Assembly: GCA_021613535.1 (NCBI GenBank)
Contig: CP075495.1
Span: 11,346,001 to 11,410,000 of the forward strand
Source: Adineta vaga
Taxonomy: Eukaryota; Animalia; Rotifera
Reading direction: 5' to 3'
DNA: 64,000 bases
Of the stretch, positions 37,766 to 52,000 are shown piece by piece (position 1 is the stretch's first letter; every line of letters begins with the position of its first letter). Position numbers and translations under genes: made by a program. The notes beneath the pieces were generated by a model that ran no database searches, was not told the origin of the DNA, and worked only from the letters and a program-made list of their open reading frames with translations.

Positions 37766-38884
37766 TTAATGAGAATGATTCAAATCAAATGCATAAGTTG
37801 CTTTCTTATGCATGATTAATTGATTATCGACAAAATAAAAACTATCAGATTTTGTTTCATGAGGATGATTGATCATTTCTTTCACTGAAAAGGAAATCAT
37901 GGAAAAAATCATCATATCTATAGAAATGTTTTTACTTTGTTTGGAATCAATATCAGGCATATCATAAATATGTTCAATGGAATTTGTTGTGTTTGGTGGA
38001 CAGAAACCAAAATCAAAATCAAATGATTTTATAAGTTGATCATGAAAAAAATGACGTTCAATCATTCGAAAAGATTTCACTTCACGATCACCAACCTTAA
38101 AGCCAACTCTACAAAAAATAAAGGATACCAATGTATAGGTTAGAGAACGTTTAAGTTATAAAATAGGTGTAAAAATAATAGAGGTCGCACAAAGTTAAAT
38201 AAACAGTTTATCCGTGCCACGTATTCTCATTTTAATGGAAAGTAATTAAAAAAAACTATTTGAATAACGACGATTCGTTCTCTCAATATTACCTTGAACA
38301 TGCACAACAAATGAATCAGGATGATAAATAGAACGAATAGTTTACTTATTTTCATAATAAATTAGTTTAATAGGACATGGTTCGAAACTAGAACTAAGTT
38401 AATCATACTTACAACGCGCCGACTTGTTTCAATTTGAGAAATGCTGGTGGAAAACGATATTGAACAAAACGACCAGCTGATGGATCAACTTCTTCCATCG
38501 ATTCATCTACATCTAACAACATATGATGTTCGATATGAATGATGAAAGAAATCTAGATCAAATTTATACCAGATTCTCGTTGAACTTCGAAAAGAACCTT
38601 GTTTGTTTTCATATCACGAATACGGAAATGAACAAAATCAATTTTATATACATTCTCATCTGTTGCAGTTAAATAATCTACAACAAAAAACACAATGAAA
38701 TTCGTTTCTTCAAGATTTATATCATCATACCATTTGTCGATTTTTTCAGACGAAGTACGTCATTGATCGTGATAGGTGTTTCTTTTTTCTTTAATTCTTC
38801 TTCGGTAATTGGCGTATCATCTGATGATTGATTCTCTGCAGACTGTTTAGTTTTTGTTGTCGATGGAACAACGGTTGATGCCAT
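37766..38884 (-). CDS. UNC119: UNC-119 lipid-binding chaperone
   Basis: [39 protein letters not shown]…[38 protein letters not shown]. Confidence 0.93.
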
Positions 38885-39248
38885 CGCACAAAAATTCTAA
38901 AACAAGAAAAAAAAGAGAGATTGAACTATCTCTAAAGTTTTCTTACTAACAAAAACTTTCGTATTTTTTTATTATTATTTTTTTTCAACGACGAAGAGAA
39001 AAACTGATCGATACGGTATGTACAAAGAATACCACAACAGCAATGACAACAACAACAACAACAACAACAAAAAATAGAGAAAAAAGGAAGATCATCTGAT
39101 TAATTATATATGTATGAGAAAAAGAATTTTGTCTTTCTACTTTTTGTTCTGAAAACGAGAGAAGAATAAACGAGAAAAGAAAATATATATACAATTAAAA
39201 TCATCATAAATAAAATTACAGAAGAAAATAGATAAGAATGAATGATTT

Positions 39249-41706
39249 TTAATGAGTAATCGAAGATGTCGATTTCGATGATAATATTCGTACAGGTCTA
39301 GAACAAAAGAATGATACTTATATGATTAACTAAGTTGAACTTTTTGCAATAGAAGAAATAAAAAAGTCAAGGATTATTTCAAAATAGTTTTTACAGAATA
39401 CGAATATTTGATGATCTTTGATAGTAAAGATAAGAACACTTGATTTTATATGTTTTTTTTTAAACTCTCTTTGTATTGATTTCTCTAATGACATACATTT
39501 ATGCTAAGATGTATAGGTGGATATAACAGATTCTTTTCTTTCACTGTCATACAATACACTGATCTAATGTTCTTTATCGTAGACTTACTTAACAACATCG
39601 TTCTTGGATTCATTAGATGTAGTTGAGGTAGTACGAGATAAATGTTGTTCTTTATCAATAACTTCTTCAATATGTTCATTTAATTTAATTAATTTTGGAT
39701 CAAGTTCATCACGTGGTTTACCTATTGTAGAATAAATTTTGATTTACACAATCTATCTGATACAAAAGTTATCTTTGTTCTCTTTACCACAACCAAAGAT
39801 ATTGGAATTTCGTAATGTAGACTCGGTCGATCGATTATTTTCTGCTGTTGGCGGCAGCTTTTGTGAACGAGGCAATAATTGTAAACGTGGTCGATTTTCT
39901 ACATAAAAGCAACAGAAATCTTCCAGATAGAGTCATTGCATTATTTACCGGATGATGATGTATTCGTATTAAAATTATCTGAACTATAACTAGTTGACAT
40001 TAAACGCTTGTCATCTGTATAATCTCGATTATTATTTGATCTATTAAAATTTAATTGTTGTCGATTATGATGATAGGATGAACCTGTATGATGAGAACGA
40101 TGATCATATTGTTGAGATTGATTGACATATGATGATGATGACATTGAATCATAATACTCATGTTCATTACTGAATGTTTGCGATGATGGTATTCCACGTG
40201 TCGATGATTGTTGATTCATACGAGATTTTGGAGTTCGACTATGAACAATCTAAATTTCAGGTATTTTTATGACAGGAAATATACTAAACTATAATGTTTT
40301 TACTTGAAAATTTTTAACTTGATCATTTGTTGAAGGACTTGTGATACTTGATGATGATGGTGGGGAGAATGTTTCAATAACGGAATCATCGATTGGACAA
40401 TCTGCCCAGTTTCGACTTTTTTGTCGAATTATACTTGTATTATCTTCATTATTATTTTTTTCTTCATTATCTAATATCGGTGGTGTATCGGAAGTAATAA
40501 ATACATCATCTGACAATTGACGGGATATTTGTTCATTAATTTTCTGTGAGTCAGTCGAAGTATTTTTTGAATTCACTTGTTTGTATTGACCTAAAAAATA
40601 AGGTTGAAGTTATTCAATGTGATAATATTCAAATGAAAGATATTTTATTGCTAGGCAACCTTCTATATTCAAAACAGCAAATATATTAATCATTAAAGCA
40701 TCTGTCTAACGCGTAAAGTTAGGAATATTCTAGGAAAAAACTTTGTTTTTTTTGCATATTCTTTTCTCAGAATCTTAACTCAATGTTCAATATAGATAAA
40801 TGAAATAAAAAAACTAATTGTCGTCTTACCATCTTTGAGATCAGAAACACTCTGTGGATTACCAGTTTGACGAGATTCATTGTTGGATCGATTATTCTCA
40901 ATATGACTGTATGGTTGACGAGAAGAACTCTCATGTGATTCGAAACCAGCTAAAGAAGGAAAATAAAATTCGTATTTAAAACGAGAAAGTAAATTATAAA
41001 TAGGTTTACATTTATTTCGAAAACCTTGAGATTTTGCTACGTTAAGTACTCGATTTGCCACATCAATTCGAATAGGTCGATCATTGATAAACTGAAATAA
41101 ACAAAAGTGAAATATTGTTTTTTTTTCTATTTATCGTTCTATTTTGTTAATGTTATGTACCGTTCCATCCAATGCAATGGCACTACGTAAAGAATCCACA
41201 TTCTCAAAGTCAACATAGGCGAAGCCTTTTAATTAATAAAAACAAAACAAATGTTAGTAATTGATTAAAATATAAGCGTTAATAGATATGTCTAATCTAT
41301 AAAATTATACCTCGAAATCGATCTGTTTGTCGATCACGTACTAATCGAACTTGTTTTACTTTTAAACCGGCAAATAATTGATGTTCAAAATCACCTTGCA
41401 CCATCGTTTCAGGTGCATTACCAATATAAGCAGTAAATGGTGGTTCATTTGGTATTACATGATTTCGTTTTTGATTATTTCGATTTGTATTAGTTTCATT
41501 ACGATTTCTAAATAAATAACTTTTCTTTTAGACATCAAATATGAGACAATTTTATGAAGAAATAAAAAAGAAAATCTATTTTTCTTCAGCAATGATCGCA
41601 TGATTACTCGTTTAGAAAATCTTTCTGATGAACTTTCTTCTACGATTACGTACCCACAATTATTGTAATTACTACCGTGATTATGTCTTGAATTTCGGCT
41701 GTACAT
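39249..41706 (-). CDS. eIF4H/eIF4B-like RRM protein with expanded low-complexity middle region
   Basis: IPNEPPFTAYIGN…VQGD…VRLVRDRQTDRFRGFAYVDF…IRIDVA (eIF4H-type RRM) and RPRLQLLPRS…NIFGCGKPRDE. Confidence 0.8.
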
Positions 41707-42349
41707 CGAAAGATAATAATAGACTAAGTGAAAAACGTTTTGTTGAGAATTTGTTTGGATCTTAGTATAATAAAATGAAAATAATATTCTAAAAAAACCA
41801 AAACAAGAAATGAACAATCATTAAAAAAAAGAACCATTTTAAAAGGCTTTTTGTTTTTTTTATATGTTGTACATTTTTTGTTAGTTTGTTTGTTTGTTTC
41901 ATGTTCACGTTGAAAAAGAGAAAACCTAAACAATCCAACAGAAATAAACGATGAAAGTGAAGAAAACGTTAGCCTGGATTTACATTGAAAAAAAGAAAAC
42001 GGAATATGAAGAACAATAACGATGCGTTTGTTTTGTTTATATGTATATATATATATATGTACGTGTGTGTAGGTGATTTCTGTTTTATATGAGACAAAGA
42101 ATAGTGCAAACTTAATATAAAAAAGCACACAACAACAGCAAGACCATAAAAGTTTAAGATAGAAGAAAACGGACAGAAAAAGGGCTGTGCCCAGTGTGAG
42201 AAAGAACAAGAGCAAAGATCGAATCACAGTTACAAGTCAGAGAAACACACTGACACGCATTTGTAAGGTTAATGTAGCAACAATAGTAAAAAGACGAACA
42301 GGAAAGAGGAAATTAACATATTCTGTGTTATTCAATGGATCGTTTGGAT

Positions 42350-45300
42350 TTATTGAAATGAACGCTGTTGATTTTGTTGATTATTATAAACGTTGCCAGT
42401 ATTACGTTGTTGTTGTTGTTTATTCATACCTTGATGTTGATTAACTGATTGTGGTGGACCTTGTTGAGGTTGTGCTGGCATTGCATACATATACTGTGCT
42501 TCTTTATTATTTGATGAATTACGACCATAATAATCATCGTTAACACCAACACCTGACGAAGAATTCATTTGATTATATTGTTGTCCTTGTTGTTTAGAAG
42601 CTTGTTGTTGTGCCATGTTAGTAGCTGGTTGAGCATACATGATTTGATGACCTGAAAAAGAGAAAGAAATAGATAAACTTGGAAGTTACAGTATATTATA
42701 CAATAGAATACTAATTGTTCTTTTTTCTTACACTTGTGCTAAAGAAACTTTTTAGAATAAAATACCTACCAGGTGAATAACTTGGTCCACTTGATGGATG
42801 ACCAAGAAAATAACTTAATGGAGCAGATGAATGTGTTGCTGCTTGTTGACCTTGTTGTTGACTGTTCAATTGTTGTAAACTATATTGTTGATATTGTTGT
42901 AATAATAGAAGATCTTCAGTAACTTGTCCTCGATAACTAAAAACAAAAACAAATATAGATCATGATTTATTCTTCTCAATTATATCTACTTTATTCCTTT
43001 ATTATCATTATTATTATGTGCTTGTTGATTTTGTTGTTGAACAGGTGGTGTAACTGATCCATATGTGCCGGATGGTGATTGAGCTTGTGGTGCATTTGTC
43101 AATTGCATAAATGCATTTGTAAATAACTGTTCAGCATCATATGGTGTTGAATATGCTGTTGCACCTGTTTGTTGTTGTCCACTAACTGAAGGTGGAATAC
43201 CATAGGCTGCTGAATATGCTGTTGAATATACTGGTTGAGTTGGCGGTGCTGTGGAAAGAAATATACCTGGTGGAACGGCTGGTCCTTTTTTAGGAGCCGT
43301 AGGTAAATTAGTTGGTGTAGATGACGATGGTTGCGATGATGACGAAGTTGCTACTGATGATGCTTGAGCATTTCCAGTTGATGTTTGCGAGCGATTGGAT
43401 GCTGTTTGTTGTTGTTGCTGTTGTTGAGGCGGTAAAGATGGCTGAGGAACAAGATAACGTGCTTGTGTTTGCTGTTGTGGTGGTTGTTGACTCATAGCAG
43501 CCATATAATATGGTGTACTAAAATCAATCGAAGGTAATTGAAATGTTGTTGGATCGTATGGAGTATCTAATGGCATTGATTCCTGTTGTGGATGATGAAA
43601 AAGTAATGATTGTAAAAGTACATTTGATGCATTCATTTGATGTTGTGAAGGATGTACAGCATACTGTGTTGGTACAACAGGTTTCATTGTCATTGACGAC
43701 TGTTGTGGTGGTTGTTGCTGTTGCGAATGTTGCATCTGTGTTGGCAATATACGATGTTGATTCATCACCGGTTGTTGTTGTTGTTGTTGTTCAAATGAAC
43801 GAGTTGAATTTGCATGCGCTAATGGCGAAATAAAAGCAGAGTGTTCAGCTTGTGAATGTTGTACCGTTGTTGATCGCTGAGAATTTGGAGCTATTGATCC
43901 AGTATTATTTTGTTGTGATACCGATGTTATCGGTTCAGTACGTTGATAAAATGCTGATGACGATGAAGATGATGTCGATTTTGGTATTGCTGCGTTATGT
44001 GCTGATGTGTCGTCTAATGTTTCAGTTAGATTACCAAATTGTACGTCGATTTTATTCATTCCACCATCAAAACGATCAGAAAAGATTACCGGTTGATGTG
44101 GAATACGCTGTAGTTGTGGAGGAGGTGTAACTTTTGTGTTAACATTTTGACCAAATGTTTTCGATGACATTGTATTTGATTTTTGTTGTTGTCCTGTTTG
44201 TTGATCATTCATCAATGGTTTTACATCCATCAGAGGTTTAGGTAATGTATTATTTTGATGTTGCTGTTGTGACTGACCGATACCAATAACATTCTTAATC
44301 TGACGTGTCGCTTCAACCGGATCAAATTCAGTTTTTGACTTCTGTTGATTGTTTAATTCTGGAACATTATTTACTGACGTTGATTTTATTGATGATGATT
44401 GTCCATTAGAAACTAGAAAAATAAATATCAATACGTTTCTATGAATCTTGTGTAATCAACTAACAATGATTACCTCCAGATGAAGAATGTAATGTATTTG
44501 ATACATTATTATCATCTGAATTCAAAGCTTGTTCATCATCTTTTGTTGTTCTAGAATAAACCATTGTTTCACCATTCCAGTTACCAACATCCCATTGTCG
44601 TTGTTGTCTACTACCAGCATTATTATTACCACTACCACCTCGTCGATTTGTATATGATACATCAGTAGAGGGTTGCGTCATATCTGATGGTAGTGATGGA
44701 TCAATATTGGAATCTTGTGATTGTTGTTCATACTGCTGTTGCTGTTGTTGTTGATAATTTCTATCGTTAGTACGATAACCACCTCGATTACTAGCACGAT
44801 AACGACCTCGATAACCACTTCCACCTCGTGATCTATATTGTGATGAATTATTATCATTCGATTGTTGATTAGTATTATGTGAATCATTTCCATTCTGTTG
44901 CTGTTGAAATCTTGGTCGACCACCACGTGATTTACCTCGATAAGAAGCACCATCTGAATAGAAAGAAAATTTATTTTTCATTTCAATCATTGTTTTCCTA
45001 TCATATTTTAATCATACCTCGTTGATATCCGTTCTCATCTACATCTCCTCCGTGTCCATTTTTAGTCGATGCACTCTTTTGTTGTTGTTTTTTAGTCATT
45101 TTATGATTTGTTGCTGTGCGCCATTCACTAGCAACATCATGGCCTTTTTCAATAAGTAATGCAACAGTCTTTTCATAATCATAATCACAATCGAATAAAG
45201 CAACTAAAGCATCTTCTTGATTTGAATTGGCAACAACATCGAGAACTTTTCGAACAATGTCTTGTACTTCAGGTTGATCATGTTTCTTATCATCAATTAA

Positions 45301-45378
45301 TTGAGCAAGACGAATTTGTTCTGCAGTTGGCTGATGATGTTGCGTTTGTACGGCACCAGTGGCCGCTGCAACACTCAT
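42350..45378 (-). CDS. UBAP2L: UBAP2/UBAP2L (lingerer)-like stress-granule protein
   Basis: N-terminal QPTAEQIRLAQL with UBA-like ALVALFDCDYDYEKTVALLIE, RGG region, WNGETMVYS, DVQFGNL and a long Q/P/Y-rich C-terminus. Confidence 0.85.
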
Positions 45379-46800
45379 TCTGATATATTAATATATATAT
45401 ATATATACACAATACACACAAGAGTACAATGGGGAAAGAAAAAAAAACGTGTAAGAAACACGACGATTCAAATATTTTTCCACAGAAAATAGAAAAAAAA
45501 ATTTTTTTTCCTTTCGGAAGAGAAAAAAGGGGAATAGAATAATCTAAAATATATCAAAATGTCTTTTATTTAATGTTTTAATCGGAAATAGAACAAAAGA
45601 ATGAATGACAACAATCGCCATCGTTTCCTCTTTTTTTTCTAATTAGAACAACTTCAATTCCATAGTTTATCTTCTTGACGCCATTTCTACTTTACATGGA
45701 CTCCTACATTTACTATTCAAAAAAGCATATATAAATAAAATCTATTTTCATACGAAAAAATTCTTTTCTTTCATTTTTACTTTCGAAATTTATATCTCGA
45801 TAAATGTGACGAGAAAATGGAATTCATAGATAGAGATTGATTGAGAAATACGTTTGTTTATTCCATTTGAAAATCAAATGAGAATTTTGAACGTATGAGT
45901 AATGCGTAGTGATGTAGATGGCGGTATAAGTAGGAGTGCCTATAATGCAATGCCATAATTTCACGAAAAATGGATCATAAAAAAAACTGATTCAAATATG
46001 AGACGAAAATATCGAGACTAAATTGAGAGCATTTGTTATCTGATTTTAATCATGACATTCGGACCGTCTACAAGATGTTTTGGAAAAGGACGATTTTGAG
46101 ATAGTTAAAATTAAATTGTCAAGTAGATCAATTAGATGCGACTTTCATTCACACAAATGTTTTACAGCTGAGAGCATGTAATTTTTCATAGTCAAAGTTA
46201 AAAATGTTCATTTGTTCTTACCAATCTATATTCTTCATCTCAGCAACATTCGAAATCTGCTTGTTGCATCGTATTTTGTAGTCGAGTAAAACTCGAATAC
46301 CATCGAGTTCTTTTCTCTCAGTTAATTAAATCATAGTTCATCCAAAAAAAATATTGTTAATGAGCAACATATACTTCCGATAATGTTATTCTCTATTAGA
46401 TGCATTGCACTAACTCGTCGGTTCTATTTGAAACTTTTATTTTCTGTGATTGCATTACAGATCGATTTTGTTAGGAAAATGAAGCCAAGAATTTCTACTG
46501 AAAAGTCATGAACTTACGAAATCAGCGCTTGTTTCAAACAAGATTGAAACTTGACTGTACTTTTCGAAGAAAAACGAGTTTTGCCCAAACTGCAAAACTT
46601 TAGCAATAGTTCGTATCTTTTCTTTCATAAATTACTCTTTTTTTTTATGCTGCTATATGCAAACGAATGAAGAATAAAATAACAACAAAAATTATTATAT
46701 GTATACAGGTATATAAATACTCACAAACAAAAACAAATGAACAGAAAAAATGCAAAAACAAATTGTTTTTTTTTTATTGAATAATATTTCGTAATTAATA

Positions 46801-48641
46801 TTATATGGTAGTCGCTGTGGTTTCAATTGATGAATTTGTAATAAACAAAGGTTTTTTCGATGATACTTCGTTATTATCATTATCTACTTGATCATATGTT
46901 CGTTTTGTTGTAATGCTCGTAGTTTCATGCTGATGAATTGTGATAAATGAAATAGACGAATCAGATGGTAATGGTGAATGAGTTTTATAATCATTCAAAA
47001 GAAAATTAGTAGATGACGAAGAAGAAGATGATGAAGAAGATGAATCAGTTACACTAGCTACAGAACACATATGTTGTTCTTGTTCTTCAATAAATTTTCC
47101 AATAATATGACTAAATATGCAAAGAAAAGAATATGTTATTATTGTATTTCGTTAAATTATATACATGAGTTGCTGGTTAACTTATTTTCTCAAAAAAAAA
47201 AACTAGTACTAATAAGACTCATTATAGTCCGTGAATATTTGTATTTATCAGCTTATGACAGAAATATTTTATATATTGAAAACTGTGCGAAATAAATACC
47301 TGACAGAAGCTAATGAATTCATACGTTGTTGTTCTTCAATAAACAATTCATATCGTTCACTTTTTTTCCATTGATAATAAAAATAGATGATTTCATGAAC
47401 GGATCGATTTGAGCACTGAAAATATACATAGATTTATATATAATCTTCATTTCATATTGAAACAAAGCAAGTCAATTACTTTAAAAACAGAAATTTTATA
47501 GAAATTTTTTCCATATTTACGTAAACCTTCTTCAAATTCTTGTATTTCATTTAATGACCATGTAGCATAAGAATCTAAGTGAACAGTTTTTCTTTCATGT
47601 GAAACTAAAATTATAAATGTCTTACAAATCATTTTAATCGGTAATTGACGAAATTTCATGAGTGCTAGATCAGTATTAAATTGACAATTCAGTAGAGTTT
47701 GAAGTGATATTTCATCGTTTGATGATGGATCTAATATCATACGTTATACAATAAAAGCGGAAATGTTTAGTGTAATATTTACATTCAATGTGAGTCTTTT
47801 TGAGATAATCATCAATATTTTCATCGTCAGTATCACTTGCTAAAGATGATGACCAAAGTAATTCGTCGCTGGGAACTAAACAAAACGAAATTATATTTTA
47901 TAAAGAATATAATTATCAAACGACTAAAAGTTTTCATATAATCAAATGGATTTCAAAAATAATTCTCAACTTGCTTAGGAATTAAACTAAACATGTATCC
48001 TTACCTTCTCTATCATCGGTACATTCATCAACTGAATCATATTCTGCTTTTGATTCGATATGTGCTTGATATTCTTCACCAATATTAACGAACTATGACC
48101 AAAAAACATTACAATAGAAAAGAATGAGAGTCAGGATGGAACCACCTTAAGAATATCGGGTTCATATAAACTATCTTCTGTATCATCACCATCAGGTAAT
48201 AAATCTCCATTGACGTGAAATAAGTTATGTTTACGTTCGTCTTCTCCTTCTCTTCTATCATCATCATCTTCAAGTTCCGACGAACTGTATGACTAAAAAT
48301 TAACATAGATAAATAATAAAAAATTGTGTGTCAACTCTTTCATTTACTTCTTCTTCTTGTGATATATCATGATCATCTACTGATGGATCATTTTTGTATA
48401 ATTTGAGCAATTCATCTAATGGTATATTGGCATCCTAGAATAACAAAATCATTCCTATGAAATATTCTATTCAATGAATAGATGAAAACTTACAGCTTCT
48501 AAATGTGATAATTCATTTTGTTTCATATGACTATTTGAATGATTTCGTTGTTGATATCCATCGCCATCTAAGAGAAAATATTTATCAAACAAAAAGCATA
48601 AGAAATTCGTCTCAACCTGTATTCGTCGTTTCTGAAGACAT
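46801..48641 (-). CDS. MIER-family ELM2-SANT co-repressor
   Basis: ADANIPLDELLKLY, ELM2 VNIGEEYQAHI…LLWS, DEISLQTLLNCQFN, SANT WSLNEIQEFEEGLRKYGKNF…RSVHEIIYFYYQWKKSERY. Confidence 0.87.
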
Positions 48642-49009
48642 ATCGAATAAATCAAACACTCATATGAATATAAAAGCTCTGTTCTGTCTGTTCTCTTCTC
48701 TTCTCTCAGTCTGTCTCTCTATTTTTTTTCTCTTCGATATTCATTCATTCATACTTTCCACCAATGATCATATTGTTGTTGAGATGTCACTAAATTATTT
48801 TTTTACGAATTTATTTTTCTGAAAAATAAATTCTCTCAATTCAATAGATTTCATTTTGAATAATTTTTAATTGAAAACATTTTTCTCATTGGATAAAACA
48901 CTGAACGAATAATAACATTATTTTTTTGCTAGTAAGTAATATCAGAAGAATCAGGAGACATTAATATTCTATTCTCCATTATTACGTGTGAGAATAAATA
49001 CATACAAAA

Positions 49010-52000
49010 ATGTGTTTTGGAAAAGATCATCCATATAAATCTTTACAAACATCTATTAAATATAATAATCAAGAACAAATTTATTATGATGTATCCAAAA
49101 TCAATCCTGAATTGTTCTGTAAAATACTTTCTTTCCTAGAATTATTGTTTTGAATTTGATATTTTTGTTTTTCTTCTAGCCCAATTACCTTTTTGTCTTC
49201 GAATTCTACTTGAATCAACTGTTCGTCATTGTAATAATATTTCAATTGAAAATAAGCATGTTCAACAAATTTTAAATTGGCAACAAAATACATTACCAAG
49301 TAGTGAACTACCATTTTTACCTAGTCAAGTTCTTATGCATGATTTCTCGTAAGAAATTTTTACACTTTTCTTCTTTTTCTTAAAACTTTTGTTTATTAGT
49401 GGATTACCGGCAATTATTGATCTAGCAGCAATGCGTGATGCTGCTGTTCGTTTAGGTGCTGATCCATCTGTTATTCAACCAACAATACCAACTACACTCT
49501 TACTTGATTATTATAATATGGAAGCGGATGTAGCTAGAAAGTAAATGCAGCAAATGTTTATAAAAGAAGATAAATAGAAAATATCATTTGTTTAGAACTG
49601 TACGAAAAACAACTGATACAAATAATACAACAAATTTAGAGTGTGGTTTTGAATTATGTCCATTTCATCAGGAAAAAACTGTTTGGTAAATAGGAGGAAA
49701 TTGTAGTGGATAGAAATTTAGAATTGAATCTATTTAGTGCTGATGCAATTGAAAGAAATCAACAGTTAGAGTTTGAACGTAACATTGAAAAATTACAAAT
49801 TATGAAGGTAAAGTACTATGAATTCATAGAAGAATATCTATTCATTCCTATTTCTTTTAAGTGGAGTGAAAAAGCATTTGATCGATTATCGATAATTCCA
49901 CCTGGAATGAATGTATGTCAACAGATCATTCTTGAATATTTATCCAAATTAATCATTTATGAAAAAGTTAAAAATGAACAAATCGCATTAGTTTATCCAG
50001 ATACGTTTATTGGTACTGATACACATACAACACTTTCCAATGGATTTGGTGTACTCAGTTATAGTAAATCAATTTTTATATATGGTTTTATTTTTTGAAA
50101 CAATTTCAAACTCAATCTTTGATTTAGATATAAGTACAATTGAAGCAGAAGCAGCAATGTTTGGACAACCGATTCATATACGGTTAGCATCAGTTATTGT
50201 TGGTTGTCGATTTGTTGGACAACCACATTTTATGTCAACATCAATTGATTTGATATCAGCAGTGATGAAAGTATGTGTAATAATTTGTTTCGACAAACTC
50301 AATTGAAAGAGAAAAATAAAACCCATTTCTTTTCACTATCAATAGTATTTTCGTCAGATCGGTATTGGTAATAAATACATTGAGTTTTTTGGTTCAAGTC
50401 TGAATTATTTAACAATTGCTGATCGTTCTTCAATTGCACATTTATGCGTAGAACATGGTGCTCTTCTTGCTTACTTTCCATTGGATGATTTATGTCTAAA
50501 GCATTATGCTCGTACTGGTAATTCTCATTGATTTACTTCAAAAAGATTGAATCCTAGCATTCTTTCTAGGTCGTGATCCATCGTTTATTGATAAAATACG
50601 CAATTATCTAGTTACAGCTCAATTATTCAGTGATGATATTCAACATAAAAACATTGTTTATAGTGATGTTTATGTATTTGATCTATGTACTGTCGTACCT
50701 AATTGTAGTGGACCGAAAAGTGCACAAGATAAAGTGTCCTTATGTTCGATGAAATCGGATTTTCGAAAATGTCTTACAGCACCGTCAGGATCTAAAGTAT
50801 GAATGCATTTATTGTCTTCAATGGACATGAAGAAGAAGATATTTTGATCGCTTCTTTATTAGGGTTATAATCTGTCCAAAGATCAGCTTGATTGTTCCGT
50901 TACAATCTCTTCTAATGAAGTATTAAAACATGGTTCAATTACTGTTGCTGCAATAACAAGTAGTACTAATGGAATTAGTCATGCTACATCCCTATTAACG
51001 ACAGGTATAATCTTTTACAATGAATAAAAAAAGAATCAAAAAGATCATGGATATCTTTAGGTTTATTAGCAAAAAAAGCTCTTGAACATGGCCTTCGAAT
51101 AGCAAACTTCACACAAACTTACCTTTCTCCTGGTAGTGGAATCGTAACTACTTATTTACGGGAAAGCGGAATTTTACAATCATTGGAACAACTCGGGTAA
51201 GAGAATCAAAGAAATTTCTTTTGTCATAATAACAAATTCATTATTTAGTTTCCATATTACTGGTTATGGATGTAGAAAATGTGTTCAAAATGAAGAAAAT
51301 CATAGTTTAAAATCGAATATTAAAGAACTTATCAGTGAAGTTAGTTTTAAAAAAAAGTAAATGAAAGATATATCTATAGAAATATTATTTTATAGAATAA
51401 TTTAATAACAACAAGTATGGTTAGTAGTACAAGACAAATTCAACAACGTCATTCATTAATTAAAGCAAATTATGTGACATCATCACCATTAGTTCTTGCT
51501 TATGCATTAGCTGGAAATGTTTTAATCGATTTAGAAAATGAGATAATTGGTTTCGGTGAGAATAAAATTTGTATACGAGATATTTGGCCAAATCGTCAAG
51601 ATATCGAAGAAATCGAAGATGAAATAATCATTAAGAAAATTTTAAATCAAATTAATGAAAAAATTCAAGTAAATCAAATTTAATATAGATAATAAGAATA
51701 AAAAACAAATGTCTCGTTCATTTTATTTAGACAGGTAATTCACAGTGGAATTCCATTAGAATACCTTCAATTCATACACATTTACAATATCCATGGGCTG
51801 AATATTCTACTTATATAACTCGACCACCATTTTTTGATACCAAAGTAAGAAATTCGTTTTTTGTTAATTTAGTCAAATTAAATTATTTTCTTGAATTCTA
51901 TAGATTAAACAAAATACTCTTTCGGAAACGATTACTATTGAGAATGCACATGTGCTTCTACTTGGTGATCAGGTTTCCACCGATCATATCTCTCCAGCTG

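Noticed and set aside
45900-46620. Intergenic segment with a slightly different composition, possible MITE or transposon relic
   Set aside because: No terminal inverted repeats, target-site duplication or transposase remnant could be identified by eye.
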